64,000 nt of DNA from Myxococcota bacterium (GCA_965250285.1 OZ252299.1:2048001-2112000); one strand, 5' to 3'; shown: positions 47,454 to 57,766, counted from the first letter of the stretch. Notes: generated from the letters alone by a model not told the origin. Made by a program: numbers and translations.

Positions 47454-48104
47454 ATGAGCCCCGCCCACCCGCGCGATCCCGACGTCCAACTCGAAGCGCT
47501 GCGCACACGAACGCTCGCCGAGCTCGAGCACCAATTCGAGCAGGAGCGCATCGACCGACCCGAGTTCGAGCGGCGCCGCGCCCAGGCGGCCGGGGCGCAG
47601 TCACCGATCGAGTTGCGCCCGGTCGTGGCCGACCTGCTCGAATCGCCGCCGGCACCGCTTCGCGACGCGCCTGCAGTCGGCTCGTTCGCCGAAACGGCCG
47701 CCGCGCCGGTCGAATCCGGCCGGAACGACACCGATCACGACTGGGCGATCGCGATCATGAGCGGTTCGACCCGATCGGGTCACTGGGAGCCCGCCGAGCA
47801 CGTCACGGCGCTCTCGATCATGGGCGGGATCAAGCTCGACTTTCGCGAGGCGGCGCTGCTCGAGGGGGTCGTGACCGAGGTGTCGATCTTCTGCTTGATG
47901 GGCGGCGTCGAGGTGCTGGTCCCGCCGGACATGCACGTCTCGGTCTCGGGGACCGGCCTGCTCGGCGGATTCGGGCACGTCTCGCACACCGCGACCACTC
48001 CCGACGCGCCCCGATTGCATGTCAGCGGACTCGCCGTCATGGGCGGCGTCGACGTGAAGGTGCGAGCACCGGGCGACGACGACGACGACGACGAGTCCCC
48101 GTAG
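47454..48104 (+). CDS. DUF1707/LiaF-related protein
   Basis: N-terminal EFERRRAQA helix; repeated AIMSG, SIMGGIKLDFREA, CLMGGVEV, AVMGGVDVK. Confidence 0.8.
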   Translation: MSPAHPRDPDVQLEALRTRTLAELEHQFEQERIDRPEFERRRAQAAGAQSPIELRPVVADLLESPPAPLRDAPAVGSFAETAAAPVESGRNDTDHDWAIAIMSGSTRSGHWEPAEHVTALSIMGGIKLDFREAALLEGVVTEVSIFCLMGGVEVLVPPDMHVSVSGTGLLGGFGHVSHTATTPDAPRLHVSGLAVMGGVDVKVRAPGDDDDDDESP

Positions 48105-48526
48105 GGGGTGGATCGGCCCGAATGTCGATTCACCAGTCAATCTCGAAAAAGTTTCTCTTTGATTCCAGCCACTTGGAGGCTCTCCTTGACAGGGGACCCT
48201 CAGAACGCGCATACCATTCGAGACAACTTCGATGGGCCACGATCGGCGGCATGCCTCATTTGGCGTCCCCACTCGGGTCCGAAGACCGCATGACCGGAGC
48301 CGGCGGCATGCTCGCGCAGCGCGAGCCCGCCGGTTTTCCTCCATGGCGTTCCCGCCACTTCGATCGACACGCCCGCTGACGAGCAGGCCTTCGTTCGACC
48401 TTCAGGAGGCCGGCCTCGAGCACGCCCCGCCCGGGCGTGACCCGCGACGCTGCGGCTCGCCCACGAGGCGATCGATGGCGATGCAGGGCGCGGATCGACC
48501 GACGCCGTCGATGTCGACCCGGGCGC

Positions 48527-48716
48527 GGGGAGGAAGCAGAGCGCAGCTCCAAGCGGAGAGCGGAGAGCAGAGAGCGGAGAGCAGAGACGAGAGCGGAGCG
48601 GGCAGAGAGCAGAGCCCAGCGGCAGAAGAGCCGAACAAAGAGCCGAACAAAGAGCCGAACAAAGAGCCAAACGAAGAGACGAGCAAAGAGCCGAACAAAG
48701 AGACGAGGAACGAGAC
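48527..48716. repeat. Purine-rich tract with GAGAGC(G/A) and 12-bp AAGAGCCGAACA repeats
   Basis: AAGAGCCGAACA from 48626, three perfect copies plus about four variants; almost no T on the + strand. Confidence 0.85.
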
Positions 48717-48811
48717 GCATTCGAGCAGCACGGGCATCCCGGCTGCGCACCGACCGGACCCGCGCGGGCTTCCGGCCCGAGAGAACGAAAGAACCCACGG
48801 AGGAACAGCCA

Positions 48812-49933
48812 GTGGCCGCAGAGGCAATGCACGCCGAGCAGACGGACATCCCCCCCACGTCCGGAGACTTCAGCCTCGCCCCACACGAGGTCGCCAAAGG
48901 CGAGCGCGCCGCGAGCGCCTACCTCAGCTCCCTCAAGCCCGGTGAGCCCCAGCGCGTCGCCGAGGAGGCGCTCGACACCCTGGCTGCCGTCGTCAGCGGT
49001 GGCATCTGCGACGCGAGCTCGTTCCCCTGGCACCAGATCCAGCCCTATCACGGCGCCCTCGCCTTCACGATCCTCAAGGAGAAGGGCGCCCCGGCGCACA
49101 TCGAGGCCATGCGCTGCCGCGCCGACGACACCCGCAAGTACCAGCCCGTCCCTGAGAGCTACCCGCCCAAGCAGGTCGCCCGCATCAAGAGCTCCTTCAA
49201 GGGCATCATGACCGAGTGCCAGAACCTCGGCTTCATCAGCGACGAGGAGCGCGACCTCACGATCACGGCGTCGACATCGTCGACGTCCGCCAAGCCCACC
49301 GAAGCCCGTGCAAAGGCGGGCAAGAAGGCCCAGACGGACCGCGAGCTGGCGCGCACCGAGGTCCTGGCGCTCCAGGCCGCCTGCCGGCTCGACGACTCCC
49401 CGGCCGGCAACCGCGACGGCCTGATGATCTCGCTCGCATACCACGGCGCGCTCAAGACCGTCGACCTGATCGGTCTCACCGTCGATCACATCCAGTTCGA
49501 CGCGCGCACCCAGAAGTCGGGCGTGCTGTTCAAGCCGGCACAGGCGAAGCGCTCACGGCGCGTCCCGTTCAGCAACGAAGAGATGATCGCGCTCGAAGAC
49601 TGGCTGATGGTGCGCGGCAACGAGCCGGGCCCCCTCTTCTGCTCACTCGGTCGGGGCGACAAGGTCGAGATCAAGCGCATGACCGCCGCGGCGGTCCGCG
49701 AGATCTGCGACCAGCGCGCAGGTGAGGCCGGCGTCCAGCCCTTCTCGCCGAACGACCTGGCCAAGAGCAGCCCGCTCGCCGCCAAGAAGCCGCGCAAGAA
49801 GGCCGCCGACGCCGAGTCGACCGAGGAAGACGAGCTGCCCGAGAACGAGAGCGTGCTCTTCGGCGACGAGCCCGAGGTGGACGACTCGGCCCGACGCATC
49901 TCGTTCCCGTACCACGTGCGCCTCGGTCAATAG
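48812..49933 (+). CDS. Tyrosine-recombinase-like protein with degenerate active site
   Basis: GGAGG RBS and GTG start; FPWH, AGNRDGLMISLAYHGALK, ALEDWLMVRGNEPGPLFC, FSPNDLAK. Confidence 0.7.
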   Translation: MAAEAMHAEQTDIPPTSGDFSLAPHEVAKGERAASAYLSSLKPGEPQRVAEEALDTLAAVVSGGICDASSFPWHQIQPYHGALAFTILKEKGAPAHIEAMRCRADDTRKYQPVPESYPPKQVARIKSSFKGIMTECQNLGFISDEERDLTITASTSSTSAKPTEARAKAGKKAQTDRELARTEVLALQAACRLDDSPAGNRDGLMISLAYHGALKTVDLIGLTVDHIQFDARTQKSGVLFKPAQAKRSRRVPFSNEEMIALEDWLMVRGNEPGPLFCSLGRGDKVEIKRMTAAAVREICDQRAGEAGVQPFSPNDLAKSSPLAAKKPRKKAADAESTEEDELPENESVLFGDEPEVDDSARRISFPYHVRLGQ

Positions 49934-50066
49934 CCGCCCTCGCCCCTGCGCCAAATCGAGGTCTTTTGGCCCCGCACCACCCCGGTTCGCGGCGCCACGC
50001 CGTCGTGCGCCCTCTCAAGCTCAACGGGCCGCCCAGCCGATAGCCAGGCTGGGAGGGGACCCCGCG

Positions 50067-50513
50067 ATGAGCGACACACGTTCGACGACCGAGCCGGCTG
50101 GCAAGGTGCAGGCCCACGCGCGGCGTGGGCTGCGCTGGCCCGTGCGCGTCGCGGCCATCGATCCCGAGATCGATCCGGTGAGCGGGCTGCCCTGCTACAC
50201 GAACTTCGAAGAGCGCTCGGGCAACGTGAGCGAGGGCGGCGTCTTCGTCGCGATGGACGACACCCTGACCCCCGGCCGCCGCGTGCTGGTCGAGGTCGAT
50301 CTGCCCGGCGGCGAGACCGTGCAGGCCGTCGGCGCCGTGGTCTGGCGGCGCATCCCCCAGCCGACCCGACCGACCGACCGACCGGCGGGCGTCGGCATCG
50401 AGTTCACCGGCATGGCCCGGTCTTCGGCGCGCGCCCTGGCCGACGCGCTCGAGCCCGCACGCCCCCGCCGCAAGCGCGGCGCGACCCGACCCAGCCCCTA
50501 CCGCCACCCCTGA
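50067..50513 (+). CDS. PilZ domain protein
   Basis: RRGLR (RxxxR), NVSEGG (NxSxxG), AVVWRR, GVGIEF. Confidence 0.85.
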   Translation: MSDTRSTTEPAGKVQAHARRGLRWPVRVAAIDPEIDPVSGLPCYTNFEERSGNVSEGGVFVAMDDTLTPGRRVLVEVDLPGGETVQAVGAVVWRRIPQPTRPTDRPAGVGIEFTGMARSSARALADALEPARPRRKRGATRPSPYRHP

Positions 50514-50712
50514 ATCGCGGCCGACCGCCGCGCCGATCGCTCCACGGCTCACTCGAGGCGCGCTCGCACCGACGAGGCCGACGTATACTCGACCGCCCTC
50601 GTCGCGTCGTGCGCACCGCCTCGCCGCGCGCGCTCGACCGCCCACGTCGTCGTGCGCACCCTCTCGCCGCGCGCGGTCGACCGCCCTCTCGGGCGCCAAG
50701 CGGAGTGCGTGC

Positions 50713-51615
50713 ATGCCCCTGCGGAAGATCTCGTCGCCCAGCGCACGGCCCGCCCGAGCGGGCGTGATCGCGGCGCTGCTCACCGTCACGCTCGTCTTAC
50801 CGCTCGCGCGCAGCGGTCCGGCGTCGGCCAACGACGAGACGTTCCTCCCGATCGCCGATTGGCAGGGGGACGACGGGCTGACCGGCAGCCAGATCTACGA
50901 CCGCGTGATCGACAATCGATTCGACGCGTCGACGCAGCTGATGAGCCTGAGCTCGAAGGACCGTGGCGGCTACAAGCAGTACGTCGAGATGGAGTCGCGC
51001 TATCTGCGGGGCGACGCCGACGACGACGTCATCGCGCGCACGATCGCGAAGTACACGCGCCCCCTCGATACGCTGCACATGGGCTACCTCGTCATCAACA
51101 AGCGACGGGGCCCTGACGACCAGTTCGTCTATCTGCCCAGCTCGCGCAGCGTGCGTCGGATCAACGCACGCACCGAATCGATCTCGGGCACCGACTTCAC
51201 GCTCGAGGACATCGTGCCCGAGGAGGCCGAAGACGCGGCGCACTACCGCATGCCCGACACCGAGTACAAAGGCGTGCCCGCGTGGGTCGTCACCGTCGTT
51301 CCGCACGAAGACACGCGCAGCGCGTACTCGAAGTTCGTCGTCACGATCGAGAAGGAGCGCGGTGTCCCGCTCCAGACCGAGTACTGGGACGACCGCGGCG
51401 TGCGCATCAAGGAGCTGCGCGCCGATCCACGCTCGATCGAGATGTACTCGAGCGAGGATCGCGGTGTCGAGAAGCGCGTCTGGATCGTCCGGCGCTCGAA
51501 GATGATGCACCTGAAGCGCGAGAGTCAGACGGTGCTGAACATTCTCGACTTCGTTCCGAGCCCCGAGCTCACCGTCCGCGACTTCAGCCAGAGGGAGCTG
51601 ACGGCCGGCCGCTGA
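50713..51615 (+). CDS. Outer membrane lipoprotein-sorting (LolA-like) protein
   Basis: DDQFVYLPSSRSVRRI, SISGTDFTLED, SAYSK, EYWDDRG. Confidence 0.8.
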   Translation: MPLRKISSPSARPARAGVIAALLTVTLVLPLARSGPASANDETFLPIADWQGDDGLTGSQIYDRVIDNRFDASTQLMSLSSKDRGGYKQYVEMESRYLRGDADDDVIARTIAKYTRPLDTLHMGYLVINKRRGPDDQFVYLPSSRSVRRINARTESISGTDFTLEDIVPEEAEDAAHYRMPDTEYKGVPAWVVTVVPHEDTRSAYSKFVVTIEKERGVPLQTEYWDDRGVRIKELRADPRSIEMYSSEDRGVEKRVWIVRRSKMMHLKRESQTVLNILDFVPSPELTVRDFSQRELTAGR

Positions 51616-51642
51616 CCTGACGCGCGGCGGTCGACGATTCGA

Positions 51643-52926
51643 TCAGTTCGTCGCTTCGGGCGCCGCCGGCTCGAGCGAGATCCAGCGCGCGCGAAACCGC
51701 TTGGGCCCCGCTCGCACCACCCCGCCACAGGGACACGTGCCGTCTTCGTTCAGCCGGGCGCGGCAATCCTCTTGCGACTCGACCGGCAGCGGCACGGCGC
51801 TGTCGTCGCTGAAGACGAGCGCGCGCTTGCCATCGGTCGACACGATGAAGCTCTGCACGTCGAGTGCCTCGGGCAGGGGCTCGCCTTTCGACGGCTTCTG
51901 ATTCGGATCGCCCGACCAGCGGTGCAGCTGATAGCCCGTGGTTGCACCGAGCGGCGCCGTCACGAGCAGGTACTGCCCGAGCTCGGGCACCCACTCGATT
52001 GCGCTGATGCCGCGACGGTCGGTCACGATGCCGAAGGGGTCGCCGAAGACCGGCTGCCGGCCGGTGACGAGCGCCCGGGGGTTCTCGATGGGCACGAACT
52101 GGGCGCGAGACGCACGCGTCGGATTGCGCAGCGCGATCCAGACCGCCTCGTCGTCGGGGGCCATCGCCAGCCCCTGGATGTCGATGCCGCGCACCTGCGG
52201 CGCGAGATGCTCCATCTTTCGGTACTGGGGCATCATCGAGTTTCGAACGCCAGATCGTTTGATCTTCTCATCGGCTTCGAGCTTGTAGGTGAGATCCATG
52301 ACCGGCTTGCCGACGGGGACGAGCACCTCGAGGCCCATCCGCGACACGATGTTCGTCGCGAAGAAGCGTCGGCGGTTCGGCCGCGTCTCGCCGTCCGCGC
52401 GCCGCGCATGCGAGGCGATCCAGTAGACGATGCCGTCGCCGCGGGCAGCCCCCTCGATCGCCGAGAAGTTGCGGACGCTGAGCTCCTTGACCTGCAGGAA
52501 CGGGTAGAAATCCTGGGTCGCGCGCGGGCGGTGGACGCCGGATCGCTTCGGGTCGGGGGTGCCATCGGCGCCGACGAGCTCGAGCGCCGCGGGCTCGATC
52601 AAGTCGTAGGTGCGCAGATAGTTGTCGTCGTCGCTGCCGATCACCACCCGATCGCCATTGAGCCGGACCGCGGCCGACGCGCCGCATGTGCCCCAGAAGT
52701 GCATGATCTCGGGATCGGGATCGGCGGGCACCGACGTGATCGGCTTGACCGGCGGTTTGATTCGCTTCGGCAGGCTGGGCAGGGCCGGCGAAGCACTCGA
52801 GCCGCCGGCCGGCGGCGCCTGCGCGGCGTCGTCGGGGGCGCCCTGCGACTGCGCCCAGCCGTCGTTTGCCAAGAGCAGCATGATTGAGAGGCCGAGGCAG
52901 GCGAGCGACGACGCGAGCTTCCGCAC
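51643..52926 (-). CDS. Exported DUF3616-like beta-propeller protein
   Basis: Signal peptide; CGASAAV, IEGAA...YWIASH, IDIQGLA, ALRNP. Confidence 0.65.
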   Translation of the reverse strand: MRKLASSLACLGLSIMLLLANDGWAQSQGAPDDAAQAPPAGGSSASPALPSLPKRIKPPVKPITSVPADPDPEIMHFWGTCGASAAVRLNGDRVVIGSDDDNYLRTYDLIEPAALELVGADGTPDPKRSGVHRPRATQDFYPFLQVKELSVRNFSAIEGAARGDGIVYWIASHARRADGETRPNRRRFFATNIVSRMGLEVLVPVGKPVMDLTYKLEADEKIKRSGVRNSMMPQYRKMEHLAPQVRGIDIQGLAMAPDDEAVWIALRNPTRASRAQFVPIENPRALVTGRQPVFGDPFGIVTDRRGISAIEWVPELGQYLLVTAPLGATTGYQLHRWSGDPNQKPSKGEPLPEALDVQSFIVSTDGKRALVFSDDSAVPLPVESQEDCRARLNEDGTCPCGGVVRAGPKRFRARWISLEPAAPEATN

Positions 52927-53215
52927 GGGCGATCTTCCTCCGGTTCGACGTCGGACCTTGGTCCGACGGGCCCCGCAGATTAGCCGAATCGGGCCACGAG
53001 GCGGCGCCCGAAGCGCCGAGTTCGCTGGCGGCGGAACCGTTCCATTCCCGCGGCATGGCGGGCATGCCTCGCCAACGCGCCGCTGCCAGCGGGGCGTACC
53101 TCATGCCACGCTCGGGCTCAGCCGATGTAGACGAGGCACGAGCCCGATCGGTTCACGCTGGAGGCCCCGCACGTCGGTGGCGCGCCTCTCGCGCGGCCGC
53201 GCACGGAGACACGCA

Positions 53216-53719
53216 ATGAGCGACGGAGACGCGACGTCTCACAAGCCGAACGGCCGTGTCGGCCTCAGCCGATTCATGGTCCCGCACTCGTCCTTCGACT
53301 GGTACGTGCGCGGCATCGGGCTCTCGGCCCTCGCGTTCGGTCTGCTGACCGGCCTCGCCTCGTGGGGCTATCACATGCAGCTGTTCGACGCGCTCGGCCT
53401 GGCCGGCCAGGCGGGCTGGCCGGAGCTGGTCGCTCAGTACGGCCGCTTGTCGATGCTCGCGAGCGGCGTCGTCGCCGTCACGATGTCGATCTTCATCACG
53501 CTCGTCTCGATGTTCCTCTTCCATCGCATCGTGGGGCCGGTCTACCGGTTGAAGCAACACATGATCGCCGTCGCCAACGGTGAAGACGTGCGGCCCCTGC
53601 GATTTCGCGAGGGCGACCAGCTTGCGGACGTCGGCGACGTCTACAATCAGATGCTCGCCGCGCTCGATGTGATCGACGCCGACAAGCCCGAGACCGAGCC
53701 GAGCGCACACGGCGGCTGA
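53216..53719 (+). CDS. Two-TM HAMP-domain membrane protein
   Basis: HRIVGPVYRL...LRFREGDQLADVGDVYNQM. Confidence 0.75.
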   Translation: MSDGDATSHKPNGRVGLSRFMVPHSSFDWYVRGIGLSALAFGLLTGLASWGYHMQLFDALGLAGQAGWPELVAQYGRLSMLASGVVAVTMSIFITLVSMFLFHRIVGPVYRLKQHMIAVANGEDVRPLRFREGDQLADVGDVYNQMLAALDVIDADKPETEPSAHGG

Positions 53720-53847
53720 CCGAGACACGGGCGTCCACGGCGCCGGTGTCGCGGGGTCACCGCTCACGCGGGGGCTGCCGCTCACGCGGCGGCTGCCGCG
53801 CCTCGATCCGATAACGTTCGCCGCGTTCACCTGCACGCGGGGAAGAC

Positions 53848-54915
53848 ATGGATCTACCGCCCGAAGTGCGCGCGGCCCTCGATGGCCTGCTGGCTGCGAC
53901 GCCGCGCAAGGCGCTGGTCGAGATCGCCGAACGCCAATCGAAGATCTACCGGGAGCGCGCCGACCACGGGTGCCGACAGCTCGTCGTACAGACCGAAGCC
54001 GACGCCTTCGCGTACGCGGCGTGGCGCCTCCCCGCGACCTTCGGCGCTGCAGCGGTCGCGCTCGCCGAACTCAGCCGGCTCGCGCCCGATTTCGAGCCGC
54101 GGTCCCACCTCGATCTAGGGGCCGGACCGGGCACCGCCCTGCTCGCGGCCGCGGCTGTCCTCGGCGCCGCCGAACGCAGGTCGGCCATCGAAGGGGCCCG
54201 CGTCTTTCGCGAGGCCGGCGCGCGGCTCTTCGACGCCCTCGACGATGCGGCGCCCCCGCCCACATGGCACGCCGGCGACCTCACGCGCGCCGATGCCCTC
54301 GACGCGATCGGACCCGCCGCCGATGCCCGCTTCGACCTGGTCACGCTCTGCTACGTGAGCGGCGAGCTCGACGCCGACCGCCGTGGCTCCCTGATCGACG
54401 ACGCCTGGGCGCGCACCGAGGGCTGCTTCGTCATGGTCGAGCCCGGGACGACGGCCGGGTACCGGCGGATCCTCGACGCGCGCGCGCGTCTGCTCGACGC
54501 CGGTGCGCATCTCGTCGGCCCCTGCCCCCACACCGCAGCCTGCCCGCTCCGCGCACCCGATTGGTGCCACTTCGCCGTGCGCGTGGCGCGCTCGCGCATG
54601 CATCGCCAGGTCAAGGGCGCCGACCTCGGCTACGAAGACGAGAAGCTCGCGTGGCTGGCCGTCTCGCGGAAGCCGGTGACGGCCGCGCCGGCCCGACTGC
54701 TCCGACCGTCGCACGTCACGAAGGCACACGTCGAGATCGATGTCTGTGACGCGAGCGGCGCGGCGCAACGCCGCACCGTCGCGCGGCGAACGAAGGCCGC
54801 GTGGAAGCAGGCCAAGAAGCTGCGCTGGGGCGACGCCGTCCCCACCGAAGTGCTCGACGCGGCCCAGACCGACGCTCGACCCGACCCGCCGACGCCGCAT
54901 TCGCGCCGCGGATGA
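53848..54915 (+). CDS. Rsm22 family methyltransferase
   Basis: AYAAWRLPATF, LDLGAGPGTA, VEPGTTAGY, PCPH...CPL...WCHF, YEDEK. Confidence 0.88.
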   Translation: MDLPPEVRAALDGLLAATPRKALVEIAERQSKIYRERADHGCRQLVVQTEADAFAYAAWRLPATFGAAAVALAELSRLAPDFEPRSHLDLGAGPGTALLAAAAVLGAAERRSAIEGARVFREAGARLFDALDDAAPPPTWHAGDLTRADALDAIGPAADARFDLVTLCYVSGELDADRRGSLIDDAWARTEGCFVMVEPGTTAGYRRILDARARLLDAGAHLVGPCPHTAACPLRAPDWCHFAVRVARSRMHRQVKGADLGYEDEKLAWLAVSRKPVTAAPARLLRPSHVTKAHVEIDVCDASGAAQRRTVARRTKAAWKQAKKLRWGDAVPTEVLDAAQTDARPDPPTPHSRRG

Positions 54916-54918
54916 GCG

Positions 54919-56298
54919 CTACACCTCGAGCGTCTTCCAGCGTCCCTGCCGAAAGCGCCGAACCAGCAGCGCGGCCTTCGTCGCGTAGTCGAGAACGAGC
55001 GCGCACCAGACCATCTGGATCGTCGCATCCGTCAGCGAGATCAGCGCGAACGCGGGCAGCAGCCGAACGACGAAGAGCCCGACGAAGATCGCGATCATCG
55101 GGAAGAGCGTGTCGCCCGCGCCACGCAGCGCGCCGCCGAGGGCGAACTCGACGGCCATCAGGGGTTGAACGAGACCGAGGATCCAGATGAAGTCGACGGT
55201 CAACGAGACGACCTCGGGATCGTCGGTGAACATCCGCGCCAGCGGCTCGGCAAAGACGACGACGACCCCGCCCATGACACTCATCGAGAGCATCGCGCCG
55301 AGGTTGGCGCGCCAGCCCGAGCGCGCGGCCTCGTCGGGGTCGCCATCGCCGAGGTGCTGCCCGACCAGCGTTCCTGCGGCCGTCGCGAAGCCGATGCCCG
55401 GAATGAACGAGAACGAGAGGATCTGAGCGCCCACGTTGTACGCCGCGATCGCCGCCGTGCCGTACAGGCTCATGATGCGCTGGAACGCGAGCAGACCGAT
55501 CTGGAAGAGCCCCTGCTCGATCGCGGCGGGGTAGCCGATCACCGAGATGCGCTTCAGCATGCGCCAATCGGGGGCGAAGCCGGGGACGCGCGGCTCGAGG
55601 ACGAGCCAGCGCCGCCGCCACATCCACCAGAAGAGCACGCCCTGAAACAACATCGACAAGCTCGACGCCATGCCGGCGCCCGCCACGCCGAACGCGGGCG
55701 CACCGAGGTGGCCGTAGATCAGCACCCAATTGAAGACGACGTTCAGGACATTGGTCGCGATGCCCACCCAGAGCGGTGTATGCACGTCGCCCGCCGCGCG
55801 CAGCGCAGCACCGAACACGAACGACAGCGCAAAGGGCAGCGTGCCGGCGAGCAACCAGAACACGTAGTCGCCCCCCAACCGGACCACCGACTCTTCGACG
55901 CCGTAGATGCGGATCATCGCGTCGGCGAAGGGCAGCCCAGCCAGCGTGATGGCCACGCCCATGACCGCGCCGAGCAGCAGGCTCTGGCGCAGCACGAGAT
56001 CGACCTCGTCTCGATCCCCCGCCCCCCAGGCTCGGGCAAGGATCGCGGCCAGACCCATCGGAGCGAGGTTCACGAACGATTGCACCAGCCAGTAGACCTG
56101 CCCGCCGAGCCCGACGGCGGCGAGCGCGTCGGGGCCGAGGCCGCCCACCATTGCGAAGTCTGCGAAGCGCACGAAGGTCTGTGCACCGAAGCTCACGATC
56201 GTCGGCCAGGCGAGCGCCCACACCCCGAGCGACTCGGGCGACTGCGCCGATGTCGGCTCGAAGTCGTGCGGTTCGACCTGTCTGGGATCCTGGGACAT
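54919..56298 (-). CDS. MATE family efflux transporter
   Basis: LAWP, D..MVG.LG..ALAAVG, LRAAGD, NWVLIYG...FGVAGAG, LRGAGDT. Confidence 0.92.
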   Translation of the reverse strand: MSQDPRQVEPHDFEPTSAQSPESLGVWALAWPTIVSFGAQTFVRFADFAMVGGLGPDALAAVGLGGQVYWLVQSFVNLAPMGLAAILARAWGAGDRDEVDLVLRQSLLLGAVMGVAITLAGLPFADAMIRIYGVEESVVRLGGDYVFWLLAGTLPFALSFVFGAALRAAGDVHTPLWVGIATNVLNVVFNWVLIYGHLGAPAFGVAGAGMASSLSMLFQGVLFWWMWRRRWLVLEPRVPGFAPDWRMLKRISVIGYPAAIEQGLFQIGLLAFQRIMSLYGTAAIAAYNVGAQILSFSFIPGIGFATAAGTLVGQHLGDGDPDEAARSGWRANLGAMLSMSVMGGVVVVFAEPLARMFTDDPEVVSLTVDFIWILGLVQPLMAVEFALGGALRGAGDTLFPMIAIFVGLFVVRLLPAFALISLTDATIQMVWCALVLDYATKAALLVRRFRQGRWKTLEV

Positions 56299-56392
56299 CG
56301 GCCGGGAGCATAGGCCCGGGCGGCATCGGTCGAACCCGCCCGCGACCTCGCGGCATCGCTTCTCGCGGTGAGCCCGGCCCAGCGCCGACGCC

Positions 56393-57766
56393 TCAGCTGG
56401 CGACGTCGACCTCGGCCTCGACCTCGACCTCGACCTCAGCATCGGTCGGCCGTCGCCGCTTGCGCATCGCTTTGGGCAGCGCGATCCCGTACTTGTCGAT
56501 CAGTCGATAGATGGCGCCACGGCTTCGCCCCATCTCTTCGGCGCAGCGCGAGATGTTGCCGCCGGTCCGGGCCAGCGTCGCGAGCAGCTCGTCGCGCTCG
56601 TCGGCCGCGCGCTTGCGGCGAATGGCCGAGAGGCTCTCCTCGAAGTCGTCGACCAGCTGCTCAATCGCCGTGGCGTCGAGGCGCCCGCTCGCACAGAACG
56701 CCACACCGCGCTCGAGCACGCGCGCGAGCTGCTGCACGTTGCCGGGCCAACCCTGGCGCGCCAGGTAGGCGTGGGCATCGGGCGTCAGTCGCACCTCGCG
56801 CCGCATGCGCTCCCCCAGCCGCTCGACGATCCGATCCGCGATCTCGGGCACGTCTTCGAGACGCTCGCGCAGCGGAGCGAGCTCGAGCGGAAACCGCGTG
56901 AGCTCTTCGAAGAGCGTCCGATCGAACGCGTCGGCCGAACCGGTGCCGACGTCGCCCGCGGCCGCGACGAAGCCCGGCCCGGCCGACGCCACGACCCGCG
57001 GCCCGCGTTCCCACCCCGCGCGCTCCATCTGGCGCAGCCGATGCGCGAAGTACTGCTGCCCAGGTGCGGACAGTCGATCGACGTGATCGAGGTAGAGGGT
57101 GCCCGACCGCGGGATCTCCTCGCCGGGCCGCCACTCGGCACAGTCGAGGCGACGAAACCCGTCGTCTGCGCCCGCGCCGGCTTCGTGGAGGGCGCGCGCC
57201 ACCGTATCCCGCCCGGTTCCGGCCTCGCCGACCACGAGGACGGGCCCCTCGAGCGAGGCGAGACCGTGCAGGCGAGATCGGGTGAGTCGCGCCGCGCGGC
57301 TGCGTCCGACGAGGTGGCGTTCGATCGGGGACGCCGAGGTCGGCGCCGGCTCACCGGCATGGCGATCGACCACGCGCTCGATCGCCGCGCGCAGACTCAC
57401 ATCGTCGATGTCGATTGCAACGAAGTCTCTCGCCCCGAGCTGAATCGCGTGGACGACCACCTCGGCCATCGGCGCCGAGGCGGCTGCGATGACCGGGGCG
57501 CGCGTGACCGCGCAGGCCTGTGCGACGCGCGCGCCGGCGTGGAAGCCCCGGCCGCGATCGGGTGCGACGCCACCTCGACCCTCGGCGTCGACCTCTGCTT
57601 CGACCTGCACGATGACCAGGGCGGCGTCGACCTCGCTGGCGACGCGTGCGAGCCCGCCGTCGGCATCGCTCGATACGCGGACCCGCCAGCCCAGCTCACC
57701 GAGCTGATCGATGAAGCGTCGCCGCGCTCGGGCGTCTTGCATGTCGAGGATCGCCGTCTGCCGCAC
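56393..57766 (-). CDS. NtrC/Fis-type regulator with degenerate receiver and AAA+ domain
   Basis: GEAGTGR Walker A variant, GTLYLD, LRERLED, WPGNVQQL, C-terminal GNISRCAEEMGRSRGAIYR HTH; no GAFTGA. Confidence 0.8.
   Translation of the reverse strand: MRQTAILDMQDARARRRFIDQLGELGWRVRVSSDADGGLARVASEVDAALVIVQVEAEVDAEGRGGVAPDRGRGFHAGARVAQACAVTRAPVIAAASAPMAEVVVHAIQLGARDFVAIDIDDVSLRAAIERVVDRHAGEPAPTSASPIERHLVGRSRAARLTRSRLHGLASLEGPVLVVGEAGTGRDTVARALHEAGAGADDGFRRLDCAEWRPGEEIPRSGTLYLDHVDRLSAPGQQYFAHRLRQMERAGWERGPRVVASAGPGFVAAAGDVGTGSADAFDRTLFEELTRFPLELAPLRERLEDVPEIADRIVERLGERMRREVRLTPDAHAYLARQGWPGNVQQLARVLERGVAFCASGRLDATAIEQLVDDFEESLSAIRRKRAADERDELLATLARTGGNISRCAEEMGRSRGAIYRLIDKYGIALPKAMRKRRRPTDAEVEVEVEAEVDVAS

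Noticed and set aside
48186..48217. Sigma70 promoter TTGACA...TACCAT
   Set aside because: The spacer is 20 bp, too long for a canonical promoter.
48812..49933. Active integrase marking a genomic island or prophage
   Set aside because: Catalytic residues are missing, and no att repeats, phage or transfer genes, or composition shift are apparent.
53760..53800. Two copies of an 18-bp repeat (CCGCTCACGCGGnGGCTG)
   Set aside because: Short, GC-rich and only two copies; most likely a slippage duplication.
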